64,000 bases of DNA from Eledone cirrhosa (GCA_964016885.1 OZ024743.1:276272001-276336000); one strand, 5' to 3'; positions 40,295 to 57,484 are shown, counted from the stretch's first letter. Program-made: numbers and translations. The notes: a model not told the origin generated them from the sequence alone.

Positions 40295-41319
40295 GTTCAG
40301 ATAAGGAGAGAAGAGTTAAACGTATGAGTTTTGTGAAACCGCTTCGTGTAGATGTGTTCCACTGCTCTCTTGTTCCACTATTCCAGCGTCAAATACATTT
40401 CCCGCGAGAAACTATGTTGGTCTAGAAGGAAGTTGATGATTCATATAACGCTAAAGTTCTCTTCTTTATTTCTTTTTCCCACCAGGAAAAACAGACAGCC
40501 TCTTTTCCTGTCAACCACGGCTTGGTATTGACGTGCCCCACTGCTCTTTTGTTCCACTATTCCAGCGTAAGAACAACAGAAAATTAGGTTCTGTTGCGCA
40601 GGCTAAATATATATTCATAACCCTTCCTAACCTGCGAGACACTATGTTGGTCGAGAAGGAAGCTGATGATTCATATGACGCTAAACTTCTCTCTCTTTTT
40701 TCCTGTTAGTTTACCTTCTTCGTCTTTCTCCATTATTTTAAACTTTTTAACAATTCTCCAAAAGTTCTGCTCCATCGATCTCATTCCCGCTTTTCTTTTC
40801 TCTTCTCTTCTCCCCCCCCCCCACCCTCTTCTTCCTCTCTATACCCTTCTCATTTCTCATCTCATGCTTTAAATTCTCTTCCTTTCTTTTGCGTTCTCTG
40901 TTCAGTATGAGGTTATATCTTAACTGTTGAGAATACTACCATTTTAAGAAAATTCAAATACACACATATATGAATTTTCTTAAATATATATAGTTAGATA
41001 CACACATATATTTACACACACACACATGTATATACATACATGGTGAAACATTAGTGTCTGAAACGTTAAGCCTCTTTTCATACTGTTTCAAGCGTTAAAC
41101 TAATATGTGTACTGTGTACTGTGTCATTTAATTTTATTTTTGTTTGCTTTTACTTTCACACACACATATATATATGTATGTGTGTGTATATATATATATA
41201 CATATAGCTGTGTGTGTACGTATATACATATAGCTGTGTGTGTACGTGAGTGTGTGAAACGTCCAGGAATAATAAAAAAACAAAACCATTGTACAATACA
41301 ATACGATGATGATATATAC

Positions 41320-41800
41320 CAGAATCGGCTGAAAAGTTCATAGGCTGACTATGAAGGATTGATGCCAGAGCTGTGAAATCTTGCATGTATTAATTTCAGC
41401 TCTCCTTATTAATAACTGCATAGTTTCTTTTCAGGGACTATGTTGAAAAATAAACCCCATTGGGTCATTCTATGAGAGTATCTTGGTCATCCTATGAACT
41501 TTTCAGCCGACCCTCGTAAATATACAGCGTGTCCCCCCAAAATGTATACAACTTCATTAGCATTCTAATATGTGTATACATTTTGTGGGGACATCTTGTA
41601 TGTACGCGCATATGTACGTAGATACATTGCGTAGATAGTATCTTGGTCAGCCTATGAACTTTTCAGCCGACCCTCGTTAATATACAGGGTGTCCCCAAAA
41701 AATGTTTACATACTTCATTAGCATTCTAATAAATGTGTATACACTTTTGGGGGACACCCTGTATGTACGTGCATATGTACGTACATACATACATTGCATA
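41320..41800. mobile_element. Mariner-like MITE plus tandemly duplicated CAGGGTGTCCC-type MITE
   Basis: 41477-41636 is duplicated at 41637-41800; each unit holds a MITE end and a ~75-bp hairpin MITE CAGGGTGTCCCC..AATGTATACA...TGTATAC..TTTTGGGGACACCCTG. Other copies at 992-1068, ~42867 and 55905-56000. Confidence 0.7.
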
Positions 41801-42146
41801 GAGATTTAAAGGCTAAACAATAACAAAACAAGTTAGAAGTTTAATGTTGAAAGTCAAAAGTATTAGTTAAGTGAAATATGGGAGAAAGATATTTTTAAAG
41901 CTCCCTCGCCCCCACTTCCTCCACTCCTTGCTTTATAAAAAAAAATATTTTCATTGGATTGTTGTGTCGGGGAACACACACATGGGTGCGCCCCAACTAG
42001 AAAATAGAATCCGCCTTGCCACTTTCCTTCCCCCTCTTTCTCTCTATCTGTATATGTTTCTGTGTGTTTAACATTCTCTGACTGTCGTGTAAGTGTAAGT
42101 ATACACTCACATAAACGCGCGCACACACACACAGACACAGACACAC

Positions 42147-42227
<81 letters not shown>

Positions 42228-42802
42228 TTCGCACATATAAATTTCAAATGAATTAACTGTTTTAGTTAGTTCCTGGGATGTGTTTCTTTTTTTAAATCAT
42301 CGACAACTTAACTAAACTCACATCCACACCTCACACATATAGATAGCTATACATTATGTAAAACATTTCTTGAAAATAGTTTTAAGATACTAACCAGGAC
42401 AGGACAATATCTTTCTAAATTATTAACGTGAAAGCACATTCTAATTGAATTGTAAGCTAATAATTTAATACCACGCCTGTACAAAAATTTCCGAACGAGC
42501 GGAGAGAATATGTAACGATAGCAACACACAACATTAACAATAACGCCAAGGAATTACGTTTAACACATAATAAAAGAAAACAAAAACTACGGTAGCTAGT
42601 AAAACAAGAAAAATATTGTGTGAGCAATACATACACGGAAAACTATATTTGTATGTATAATGATTTATAACAAAACCCAAAGCAGAAACAAAAGTTAAAC
42701 AAGTTTAACAAACACACACACATAGATAGTCACAAATCCTATCTTAAACACATACAAATACAACACAAACTTCCACACACGCATATATATATATACCACA
42801 CA

Positions 42803-42838
<36 letters not shown>

Positions 42839-43188
42839 TGAGTGTGTGTATGTATGTAAGTATATACAGGGTGTCCCCAAAATGTATACACTCTTTAATT
42901 AGAATACTGTTGTAGTATGTATACATTTTTTTAATTTTATACACATACACACACACACACATATATATGTGTATGTATAAAATATAAACTTCCGATCTTG
43001 TTATTGAAATATATAAACACCACAATTTACACACGCAATAAGTATATATATATGTATGCATACACTACTTCGTTACGTCAGATGAAGATATACACGCACA
43101 TGCTTACGCACACTCTCTCTCTCTCTATATATATATAAAGCATATATCACTAGTTCTTCGGTCAACAAAGATACACACACACACATAC

Positions 43189-43285
<97 letters not shown>

Positions 43286-43957
43286 CGCACACACATATAT
43301 GCACGAGAGTCCACGTGTTCAGTACCTGATGCATATAATTCCGATGGTATACATATATATTTTTATATTGACCCTTCTATTCTGACTGCTGGAAGGTGTT
43401 TGTGGAGAAGATATCTAGATGAGTTTGTAAACCACCACCACCACCACGACAATAACAACAACAACAACAACATTAACCCACTAACCGGCTCGGAAAAACC
43501 TTTATGTGATCATTGGATCTGTGTGTGAGGAATCTATCTTCCGAAATCCAGCCAACCCTTATTTTTTAAAATGAAAAAAAAAAAAAAGAGGATAACAATC
43601 GGGATTATTACGGCAGGATAGTAACGTAATCTCCCCCAAGTTATACCCTAAAAACTTTTTTTAAAAAGTCTTATTCCGCAATGTACAAATACACATAGCC
43701 TACAAAAAAAAAACGAATGATCGCGGCAGCTTAAATTTGATCACTCTGCTGGACCTAAACTGGCCTTGGGCTAAACAGTTAAGCAGCGATAATTTGTAAC
43801 AAATATATTTTTCTCTCTATCGCCCCAACCCCTATTCCTTTTCTTTTGGTCTACTGCTCCAATCCAATAAGTATATTTTCATTTCTTTCTTTCATCGAAT
43901 AACTGCATCTCCCTCTCACACTCACACTCACACACACACGCACACGCACACGCACAC

Positions 43958-44117
<160 letters not shown>

Positions 44118-44213
44118 TACATATATATATATATGTATGTATATGTATATATATATATATATATAAATGAGAGGTATAGAGATTGTTTTAGCAAGAAGCT
44201 AACAGCATTCTAT

Positions 44214-44254
<41 letters not shown>

Positions 44255-44264
44255 TTATAATATA

Positions 44265-44296
<32 letters not shown>

Positions 44297-44649
44297 CATT
44301 GTATAGATATATATATACACACGTTTATATGTGTATACACACACGCACACACACACACACACATATATATATATGTATGTACACATACACACACACACAC
44401 ACATACACACACATATATATAAGAAAAAAGCTGATATCTCAAAAGGGGATTTCTATAATTTTTCTCTTCCCTCAGAAACAAGAAGACATTTTTTTTTCTG
44501 AAATAGCGAAATATTTTATGATTTTATGAGGAAATGAAAAGGAAAAACAAAATAGATTTAAGTCATATTCGTATTTTTTTCCGTCTTCAAAAGTAATATT
44601 TTATTATGAAAAAAAAAAAACAACATACATATGTATATATATATTTATG

Positions 44650-44713
<64 letters not shown>

Positions 44714-44719
44714 TATATA

Positions 44720-44763
<44 letters not shown>

Positions 44764-44827
44764 TATATATATTATATATATATACATACATACATATATA
44801 TATATTTATATATGTATATATATATAC

Positions 44828-44892
<65 letters not shown>

Positions 44893-44989
44893 AATGCACA
44901 CATACACGTATATAATATATATATATGTGTTTGTATATATATATATACATACACATATATATATACACACACACACATACACACACACA

Positions 44990-45042
<53 letters not shown>

Positions 45043-45223
45043 CGTTTATTTTCGTCTTCACTTTCTTTATTCTTTTATCAATTTACGTATCTTTATTTGA
45101 AAGCTGCATGGGAATTTTATTGAAGTTCAAAAAGTTTTTTTTTTAAATCACGTATGCTATGTATGTATGTATGTATGTATGTATGTATGTATGTATGTAT
45201 GTATGTATGTATGTATGTATGTA

Positions 45224-45284
<61 letters not shown>

Positions 45285-45314
45285 ATGTGTGATGTATGTA
45301 TGCATATATGTATG

Positions 45315-45347
<33 letters not shown>

Positions 45348-45669
45348 ATGTATGTATGTATGTATGTATGTATATATGTCTGTATATATATGTATGTATG
45401 TATATGTATGTATGTATATGTATGTATGTATATATGTATGTATATGTATGTATATATGCATGTATGTATATGTATCTATTTATGCATGTATGTATGTATG
45501 TGTATGTGTGTATATATATATATATATGCATGTTTTATATGCACGTATCTGGTGTATTTATGTATGATTGATTCTCTTTGAGATTTATCTAAGGTTTATG
45601 GCAGTTCCAAACCGACCGGTCACTAAGTGTATGTATTAATCTTCATCTATGTGTTTGTATGAAAGTATA

Positions 45670-45722
<53 letters not shown>

Positions 45723-45793
45723 GAGAAAAGACATCGCATTTTTATATTTATTCGAATACACTCTCGCTTCGTCTCAATCAGAGATAACATTGT

Positions 45794-45866
<73 letters not shown>

Positions 45867-45881
45867 TGTGTGTGTGTACAT

Positions 45882-46093
45882 CGGGTGAAAACTGCAGACT
45901 ACATGCATACACACGTACATACGTCTGGTACCTCGATCTGCTAGAAATAACAGCCAAACTCCTTCAAGTTATGCCCTAACAACCTAAACAAAGAAAATAC
46001 ACATTACGCAATGTAGTCTACATACATATGCAGATTACGTATGTATAGATATGTGTGTGTATATATGAATATATACATATTTATATATATACA

Positions 46094-46163
<70 letters not shown>

Positions 46164-46434
46164 TGTATATATTCATATATACACACACATATCTATACAT
46201 ACGTAATCTGCATATATATATATATATATATATAAATATGTATATATTCATATATACACACACATATCTATACATACGTAATCTGTATATGTATGTAGAC
46301 TACATTGCGTAATGTGTATTTTCTTTGTTTAGGTTGTTAGGGCATAACTTGAAGGAGTTTGGCTGTTATTTCTAGCAGATCGAGGTACCAGACGTATGTA
46401 CGTGTGTATGCATGTAGTCTGCAGTTTTCACCCG
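45882..46434. repeat. Near-perfect inverted duplication centred on (TA)n
   Basis: 45882-~46085 is the reverse complement of ~46230-46434; flanking (TG)n/(CA)n also mirror each other. Confidence 0.85.
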
Positions 46435-46477
<43 letters not shown>

Positions 46478-49400
46478 ATACACACGCACACATACTACAT
46501 ATATACAGTATATATATATAGTCGTGCGTCTTTTTGCGTGTGTGCAAAATAAGCAAGTACAAGCCATTGCACAGGCAAACAAGACGAGCATGATGAATCC
46601 TTCTCGTCGAAAGCTGCTGTGATCGCTGTCGAAAATCGTGTGATTTACAGTAATAATACCCTGTAGTTTATCTTCCATTTACAATGTTGATATCCACCAC
46701 AATTAAGGTTGTCGACTGCTGAAGAAGATAAATCATACTTCCTTGTAGAAAAGACAAAAAAGACTTGGCAGACGATAGATGTATGATAGAGAGAAAGAAT
46801 GTAAGAAAGAGGGGACTAATTAGATTTTCCCTGTCTCTGTAGACGCGTCGATATCGTTTTTAATACTTCATACTAATTATAAATATGAAAAGAGATGTAG
46901 GCACCTTTGTCAGTATCGGCTGTTCGTTATGCAAATCACATTTTCTTTTCTTCCATATTAACCATGCGATGTTTTTTCTCTTATTTTCTGCGGTTCCTAA
47001 TTAATCGTGATGTATAGTTATGACGGCGTAGTTGTTCGAACAACATTCAATGCTTACTACATTATATTTCATAAGAACATATCAACATATTTTGTTATGT
47101 TTTTAAGCGATTTCTTATCGTTATATAAAACCATCCATCATTCATGGGACGAACTAAAGAAGGGGTATCAGCACTTACTATTGATCGTGAATTTTTTTTT
47201 CTTTTCCATAACTACTGTCCTCTCCACCAGATATGATTCTTAATAATATAGTTTATTTTTAATGAAATAAGTTTCCGAAGGTTTATTTTACGACCATGGG
47301 TGGTGAAATAAAATAATTAAAAAAATTAAAAGAAAAAAATATTTTATTTTATTTTATCTTTCCTTCATAGTTTGTAGAATTTACATCACGTTCATGTAGA
47401 AAAACATAGGCTATATAATTATTTTTTTTTTTTTCAAAAATACTCAAATATATTTCTAGGATAAAATTACATAAAATAATAAAAACAAAATTAATATTTA
47501 GCTATGATTATTATGCTGATTGATTATCAACATAGAATTGGAAGGAATGATGAAGCGATTCAGTAAATAAATGTATTATCGAACGGAACTATACATTAAT
47601 GAAAGTATTAAAAAATAATTAATAATTATTTTTCAATTTATCGACGTAACGTAATCTACATTATGGAAAAAAAAATGTCAAGGTGGTGCCTCCAGCAAAG
47701 ACGCTATGACTGAAACTATATAGAAAAAAATAGTTAAAACACATACACATACACACACACACTACACACACATTAAAAACAACAACAAAACATGCATTAT
47801 TATGAAAGTCAGGTGGTGGTGGTGGGGAGTACACCGATTAAAAAAATCCTTCTAAACTTTTTTTTTTTATTATGCTTATACATTAAAAATGTTTAAATGT
47901 GGTCTTGAATTTTTATTTTGAAGAACAACAAAAAAGTAATAATGATATAGAACAAAAAAATTGTCATTTTCTTCTAAAATCAGAAATTGATTTTTGTTAA
48001 GGCATTTACAACTACGGTATATTTTGTTGTAGATAAATATATTTCATTTGTATTTGAAGTGTATCTAGAGTCGAAATTCACCATTGAATCTGTGTATATA
48101 GGTATATTTGAAAAAAACATTAGTTGTTTCATTTGCTGAATATTTTAATGTTTCAGTTTGAATTTATTCACGATGAAATACAAATGAACTATATTTATAT
48201 ATGAAAATAAAATTACAACAGCTGTAACTTCCCAACACTAATCAGTTTTTGATTGAGAGAAAAACAAATAATTTTTGATTAACAATAAGTTTAAAAATTA
48301 AAAATATTATTGAGTTAATGTGATCAGGCTACCCCATTCAATCAACCCTACCTCACGTCCTCCTAAAGAAATCTCGCATGACGGATTAAAATTGCTTTCA
48401 GGTCCCCGTATAAGGAAGGGCGGGTAGCCTCTCTTTAAATTCAAGAGGGATAGAGTTTTTAGGCGGGTGGAGAGGAAAGGGGTTACCAGATATTCACGTA
48501 TACACTTTAAAAAAAATCTCTCTGTGACTCCTAGACCAATATAACGCCTAAAGCTCTTCTCTCGCGGTTCTACCACCATCCACCAAATTTGTGGTCTTGT
48601 GTCGTGCGTGTATCGCGAAAATAAAATCAATACATTTATAGTCAAGGAAAGGTAAACACATTCTTTGGTTTTTATTACAAACTGCAACCCGTTTACAACA
48701 CACTACAGTTTTGAGTATTATTGAAAAGCTTTCCCTGAAAATGTGTATTCGACCATTGTAAATAAGTTTAAGTAAACTTATGATAAATTGTAAACTAAGG
48801 ATCGAAAAGCCGCGGGGCTATGAGAGCTATTACTATTTTACCCACATCCTCCATACATACTTTCCATAAAATAATAGTGTACTGTATAAAAAACTATTTC
48901 AGTATTTTAACAGCTCTAGCTCTAATATGTCTGTGTGTAATTATTAGAAATGTGGGAATCCACACGAAGAAAAAAATTGTTACATATATTTTCTGTCTTT
49001 GAATACTTAAATTTCAAATTATAAATCATCCAAACATCTCGATAAATCACATGATTATATAATAATAATGATTTCTACTTTAGGCACAAGGTCAGCAATT
49101 TGAGGGAGGGATCGATTTAATCGACCCCAGTGCTTGACTTGTACTTTATCATATCGACCCCGACAAAGTTAGTACTTTATCCTATCGACCCCGACAAAGT
49201 TAATCTTGGCAGGATTTAAACACAGAACGTAAAGGGCTATAACTCTATACCGCAAAGTATGTTCGACGTTCTACCGATACAGAATAAGGAGTAGGAACGA
49301 GGTATCAAAATATCATATCAAGATTATTTTTATTCAGGTGTGACGCGCGTTTCGTGATCGATCAGCTCAGGGCACAATCTTTATCGATCGTGCCGGACTC

Positions 49401-49568
49401 TGGAATCGATAAACTATATATATATATATGGTTTTATAAATTATATTCCATTTATTAATATTATTGATATTAATGATACTCCAGATAAAAATTTGTTGAG
49501 TGCTTCTAATCTGTTGTAAAATTAACTTTGTTGAATAATCAACAAACCAAATAACTCATTGTTTATAC

Positions 49569-49614
<46 letters not shown>

Positions 49615-49617
49615 ACG

Positions 49618-49668
<51 letters not shown>

Positions 49669-49829
49669 CACCCCGAACGCATAATTGGGAATATAATCAC
49701 TTATTTCCTAATGTTTGTTGAGTGAGTTGGAATTTGGCCGGAGTATCGCTAAAAAGCTTTCTCCGATATTGTATTTATATATATATATATATGTATATGT
49801 ATATGTATGTGTATGTGTATGTGTATGTG

Positions 49830-49860
<31 letters not shown>

Positions 49861-50318
49861 CTTTGGGTCGTTCATACTGCCAATAAAAACATAGGCACCA
49901 GCTGATTTTCGGTTCGGTTTTATTATTAGTCAGGTATATAATAACTAATGGTTGGTTTAGTAATCGGATGGCTATTTACTTTCAAAGCTCTTTCCCTACA
50001 TATTCTGTGGCTCCTCTTTGTTTCGATTTTGTTTTAGTTACTCTACCGTATCGGAGAAAAGGACAAGATGAAGCAGCTAGGACAAAATCGAATCAAATCG
50101 ATGAGGAGACATAGCGGGTCAGAAGAGTCATTGAGAAGGTCACAGAATGTGTGACGAAAGAGCTTTGACAATTAAATAACCATCCAATTACTAACCAACC
50201 AGAATCGAAATGAAACTCACTGTTGCTTGTCTTTTTATTGGCAGCATGAATAACAACAGCATGAATCTCACAAAAGCCATGTGTGTGTGTGTTTCCAATT
50301 TCACCCTTTCTCTCTCTC

Positions 50319-50432
<114 letters not shown>

Positions 50433-50480
50433 ATATATATATATGTGTGTGTGTGTATATATATATATGTGTGTGTGTAT

Positions 50481-50528
<48 letters not shown>

Positions 50529-50532
50529 ATAT

Positions 50533-50578
<46 letters not shown>

Positions 50579-50619
50579 ATATATATATATATGTATATGT
50601 ATATATATATATGTGTGTG

Positions 50620-50673
<54 letters not shown>

Positions 50674-50927
50674 TATAGTAATAAGAACAACACGTGTGAC
50701 TAAAAGGAAAGAGGGCAAATGAGACATAAAGATAAACAATAACTCAATATGTTGCCCCATCAATTATTATCGATCCATTTACATGAGTGTGTTTAGTTTG
50801 CCTGTTCGTCTATGTTTATTGGTCTGACAGAACTTTATTGAATACTCAAACTGGTTCACAGTTTCGGTTACATACGCACTATTGATTATACACTGATATA
50901 CATGATCATATTTGGTATGGGAAAGCA

Positions 50928-51002
<75 letters not shown>

Positions 51003-51020
51003 ATCTATATCTATCCAACT

Positions 51021-51051
<31 letters not shown>

Positions 51052-51053
<2 letters not shown>

Positions 51054-51241
51054 ATAGAAAAAGAGTCAGGATCCCGACGGCTGAGCTCCGGCAGTTTCGA
51101 CAGATCCGGATCTAGCTGTCGAAATGGCCGGAGCTCAGCCGTCGGGGTCCTGACTCTTTTCCTATTACCCACTCTACTACCCTAAATATCGAGTACTCGG
51201 GTGCGTAATGATCCACCTTGTTTCTTACCATACTTTCTCTG

Positions 51242-51243
<2 letters not shown>
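51052..51243 (+). mobile_element. Hairpin-headed short element family in (TA)n (copies 52374-52553, 56605-56779(-), 57547-57727; partial 19811-19905, 55597-55690(-), 59962-60025)
   Basis: ~100-115-bp inverted repeat containing GAAA[CT]GGC..GAGCTCAGCCGTCGGGGTCC, followed by the tail CCTATTACCCACTCTACTACCCTAA.TAT.GAGTACT...CTTACCA and then (TA)n. Confidence 0.8.
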
Positions 51244-51282
<39 letters not shown>

Positions 51283-51373
51283 TAATAATAATAATAATAC
51301 ATTTGAAGACTAAAATCCAAAGAGGGCTCGATAAGGATAAAGATATATCAAATATATAAGAACCGTAGAGCAA

Positions 51374-51465
<92 letters not shown>

Positions 51466-51717
51466 ATACATACATACATATATACATACATAATGATTAT
51501 TACTGGTGTAGTGACTTTCTGTTAGGAACTTAATAACTTCGCAAATAACGAAATTGTCCCCGAGTTATACCAATGAGATATAAAGACATTGAAAAGTGTG
51601 TCTACCACCATATCGTGGGGCAAAAAGAAAGAAAGGCTCAACACTAAAGAATACTTAACTTTAACTACAATTGAGTCGTCATGTTAAGCCATACATTGAA
51701 GAATACAGAAGGTATTA

Positions 51718-51783
51718 GGTCGTCAAATATGAAATTTGTAGAAAATAAAATTTTTTTTTACAAATTTCACACTTGACGACCCA
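51718..51783. mobile_element. Short hairpin MITE family (copies ~56361-56425, ~59862-59925)
   Basis: GGTCGTCAAATATGAAATTTGTAGAAA...TACAAATTTCACACTTGACGACC inverted repeat seen three times. Confidence 0.7.
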
Positions 51784-51939
51784 ATATTTTAATAAATACT
51801 AAACAGAATAAATAAAAAAGGTTTACACGTGGTAGTGGGGGAAATATTTTCTACTAGATGAAAAGGAATAGCAAGGGGAAATATGGTAACATGATGTAAA
51901 ATTATTATAAATCCATATTGTAATATGAATTATGTAAAA

Positions 51940-51975
<36 letters not shown>

Positions 51976-52871
51976 CACGTGTGTGTATATAGGTACCAAT
52001 ATACATATAAATATTATAATATATATATATATATATATATAAAGCCTGCTTTGTATCTCCCTATATATATATATATATGTGTATGTGTGTGTGTGTGTGT
52101 TTATGTATTCGTATAATATACATACTGATGATAATTATCTATGCATCGATAAATGTATCTATGTAATATATCTATGTATATAACAATGTGTGTACTGGTG
52201 TATATATTTGCGTGTGTGTCAATAGAAGTTTGAATTTATCTGTGTGAATAAATTCAACAGTACACATGCAAATTAGTTTAAATGGATGTGTGTATGTATG
52301 TTATATGTGTATTATATATACATACATGCATATTTATATATATATATATATGTATGTGTATATATATATATATATAGGAACGAGTAGGACCCCGACGGCT
52401 GAGCTCAAGCCGTTTCGACAGCTAATTCTGTCGAAACGGCTTGAGCTCAGCCGTCGGGGTCCTACTCGTTCCTATTACCCACTCTACTACCCTAAGTATT
52501 GAGTACTTTGGTGCGTTATGGTCCATCTGGTTCCTTACCACATTTCCTTCGTTATATATATATATATATATGTGTGTGTGTATATATATGTATATATATA
52601 TATGTATATATATATGTGTATATATATGTATATACACACACACATATATATATATGTATATACATATGTGTATATATATATGTATATATATATATATGTA
52701 TATATATATATGTATATACACATGTATATATATATATATATATATATATCTATTGCATACACATATATATATTTTGTATACATATATATATATATTTGTA
52801 TACATATATATATATAAATATGTATGTATATATATATGTATGTATGTATATAAATATATGCGTGTATACAC

Positions 52872-52928
<57 letters not shown>

Positions 52929-53688
52929 CACACGCACACACACACATGCACACATATATACACATATTATGTAAAAGTTCTGCTCCACCCTTCGGATGCA
53001 TAGGGCTCGTATGAAATCACGCCAGATTAGATTTGTGAGTTTGCTGGAGTTTCATAGGCATTCATTTTTGTATTCTTTTTTCTACAATGTACTCAATGCC
53101 AGTGTTTCGAAATATCCTTATTATTAGTAATTGACTGAGGGCGATGGATGGGCAGTATCGGAGGAGAGTCGGACGACATGCTTTGACGCATAGAGTTACG
53201 GACCTTGCCATTCTGAGTTCAAATCCCGCCGAGGTTAACTTTGCCTTTCATCCTTACGGGGGTCGATAAAATAAAGTACCAGTAATGCACTGGGTAATTG
53301 CTGTGCCTAAAGTAGAAACAATTATTAATAATTGAGGGGCCTCTTGTATAAGATAGAATTAGAACAACAAGTACACGTATCCGAGGCTCTAACCCAATCC
53401 GCTACCCAATATTATCCACCCCCAAAGGATGAAAGGCGAAGTTGACCTAGGCGACATTTATATTCTTCAGCTCACACAATGTGTGTGTATTATTATGTTA
53501 GTTCAAATCCCGCCGAGGTTAACTTTGCCTTTCATCCTTACGGGGTCGATAAAATAAAGTACCAGTAATACACTGTGTATTTGCTGGCCTTGTGCCAAAA
53601 GTAGAAACAATTATTATGTTATGTATATACATTATATTTCACACACGCATATGTATATATATACATGTATATATATATATATATATAC

Positions 53689-53734
<46 letters not shown>

Positions 53735-53875
53735 ATAATACTATATAAATGTATATTACCTGATTGATTCTATAGACATGATTTATTATATATATGTATA
53801 TATATATTTATATATGTATATATATATTTATATATGTATATATATACATGTGTATATGTATATATATATATATAC

Positions 53876-53935
<60 letters not shown>

Positions 53936-54157
53936 ATAATACTATATAAATGTATATTACCTGTGTGTGTGTGTATACACATACATACATGTATATATAT
54001 GTATGTATGTGTATATATCTACGTGGTGTGTGAAAAGAAACGCCCTATTTACACACACACATATATAGGTGTATCTAAATAGGGCGTTTCTTTTCACACA
54101 CCCTGTATATCTATATATATGTCTGTGTGTGTGTGCGTGTATATATATATATATATA

Positions 54158-54192
<35 letters not shown>

Positions 54193-54303
54193 CTGGGCTA
54201 ACACTGCCCAAAGCCGCAAAGCCTAAGTTTATGTAAGTTTAAACATACAATATATATTAATTTACGAATACTAATATACACAAGTATATATATACATCTA
54301 CAT

Positions 54304-54440
<137 letters not shown>

Positions 54441-55452
54441 CATACATATACATATATACACATACACAAACACACATACTATTCCTATAATTACTATAAA
54501 ATTTATATATCTGTAAAATTTATTAATGATTCAGCGATTCCAGCGCATGTAGGAATTTTTATCAGTAATAAGTTGTGTGTACTCGTGCTTTTGATGAATC
54601 CAAAGGCGCCGAACGTTACGGCGTTGTATAGAATGCTTTATTGTATTCATTACCACTCTATGCGCTTTGAGTTCAAATCCCACTGAAATAAATTTTGCCT
54701 TTAATCTTTTGTAGCTCGATAAATATAGCACCAGTTCAGTATTGATGTATCGATCTTTTCTTTTTTTTTCTATATCCCCATCCTCCCTCTCTCTTCCTGT
54801 CTGTGTGGAAGAAATTGGCTTGGGTCAACCTCCGACGAGTAATGGGCACCGCGAAGTTTAAAGAACCCACGTCGGCGCCTCTACGATTCCACCATGAGTT
54901 AAGGGACCTGTCAGCGATTTGTGATGGGTTTGACAGGGTTATAGACCACATTCTATATGAAGTTTGATATTTTATTATTGACTCTGTTCAAACTACTACT
55001 GCAGCGGTCACTCGCAATTGAGTGATTTGGGTGAATGTGCTATGATTTCGCTAAGGGTTTGGGGCGTTTATGGAGTCGTGACTAGATACAGCCCCCCCCC
55101 CCCCCCCCCCGACATCCCCTCGACGCACCTTTCCATGATCCAACGTAATATCTAGGTTGTAACAGCTGGAAGGGGTGAGGGTTGCAGCAATATTAAGTTT
55201 TGTACTCTATTTATCGACCCCTAAATGGCTGAAAGTTAAAAGGACCGCATCAGTATTTGAACTTCGAAAGCAAAAACCCGGAATAAATATCCATCGCCCT
55301 AATGGCTTAGCCAAATCGACCACCTTTATTGACTGTAGTGAAACATCAAAGGGATAATGTGTCCAGAGGACGTAAAGAATATATATACTTATTTCAATAT
55401 GTAGTTTGATTATAATTATTTCATTCTCCTTTCTTTAAAATATATATTTATA

Positions 55453-55490
55453 CGAGCTGAAGATCCGCTAAGGTGAAACAATTGTTCTCG
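55453..55490 (+). ncRNA. Minimal type I hammerhead ribozyme motif
   Basis: CGAG-CTGAAGA-tCC(gctaa)GGt-GAAA-CAATTG-TT^CTCG; related decayed copy ~32890-32925(-). Confidence 0.65.
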
Positions 55491-55517
55491 GTATGGTGAA
55501 CTAACTTTTGTTACCAC

Positions 55518-55596
<79 letters not shown>

Positions 55597-56220
55597 ACGA
55601 AGGAATTGTGGTAAGGACCATAACGCACCAGAGTACTCAATACTTAGGGTAGTAGAGTGGGTAATAGGAAAAAGTATGACTTTTTCCTCTATATATATAT
55701 ATATACATATGTGTATGTGTAAGTATGTATGTATGGATATATATATGTGTATGTATATATATATATATATATATATGTGTGGGTGTGTGTGTGTACATAT
55801 ATGTGTATGTATCTATATAAATATGTATGTATCTATCTATATATATATGTTTGTATATATATATATATGTGTTTGTATATATATATATATATGCATATAT
55901 ATATAGGGTGTCCCCAATAAATGTATACACACTTACACTTTTTATGTACAATATTTATTAGAATGCTTATTGAAGTGTATACATTTTTTGGGACACCCTG
56001 TATACATACATATATACATATATATATATATTTACACACATATATATATATATATTTACACATATATATCCAGTGTAAACCAATAACTGCCATGAGGCTA
56101 ACTAACTAATTGTGTTCGTGCAGCCTATCAACTGCACACATGTCACATTGAGCTGTGAGCTATGGCCGCTGGTCACTAAAATACGTTCGGTGTCTTTCGT
56201 AATCTCTCTGTCTGTATATA

Positions 56221-56273
<53 letters not shown>

Positions 56274-56314
56274 GCATATATAGACACGGGTGTGTGTGCG
56301 TGTGTATGTATCTA

Positions 56315-56365
<51 letters not shown>

Positions 56366-56443
56366 CAAGTATGAAATTTGTAGAAATTTGATTTTCTTTC
56401 TACAAATTTCATACTTGACGACCCAATATATATATATATATAC

Positions 56444-56497
<54 letters not shown>

Positions 56498-56513
56498 GTA
56501 TATATATATATAC

Positions 56514-56587
<74 letters not shown>

Positions 56588-56781
56588 ATATATATATGTA
56601 TATATAAGGGTGGATTTAGTTTGAAACATGTTAGACCAGAGTACTCGATAGTTGGGGTAGTAGAGTATGGTTATATTATAAAGAGTCGGGACCCAACGGC
56701 TGAGCTCTTGCCGTTTCAACAACTAGTTCCAGACTAGCTGTTGAAATGGCAAGAGCTCAACCGTCGGTCCCGACTCTTCAT

Positions 56782-56906
<125 letters not shown>

Positions 56907-57484
56907 GACAGGACTACCATAAAGTTTCCCTGCCAGTACCTGTTGCTTCTCAGCGTCCTCAATAGGCAATATTATGTAAAACACCCAGAGTAGACACATA
57001 TATATATTATATATTTATTACGTGCGCCCGGGTGTGTTTAAAGGTGTAATTTAAATAATTATTTCTACTTTTGGCACAAGGCCAGAAAATACCCAGTATA
57101 TTACTGGTACTTTATTTTATCGACCCCCGTAAGGATGAAAGGCAAAGTTAACCTCGGCGGGATTTGAACTCAGAACGTAAAGGGATGTAACTATGGTAGA
57201 TAGGTGTAATTTAAATAATACCACCCAGTATACCCGAATATAACCATACTCTACTGAGTACATATCCCTTTCCTCACTGTTAAACAACATATATGTATAT
57301 ATAAGTTTATATAATATATATATATATATATATATTGTTATACTTGGGAAGGGTCATATTGTTGTAATAATATTGCCAGAATTAATAACAGAACACACTC
57401 ACTGTTTGGTTGGTTTTCGCTTCTGTATCTTTTATATCAGTTAATTTATTCGGTCCTCATTGTTTACCATCGACTGACTAACGG

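Noticed and set aside
48307-48687. 126-aa non-repetitive ORF
   Set aside because: Non-ATG start and no recognisable domain; probably internal sequence of an old DNA element that I could not delimit
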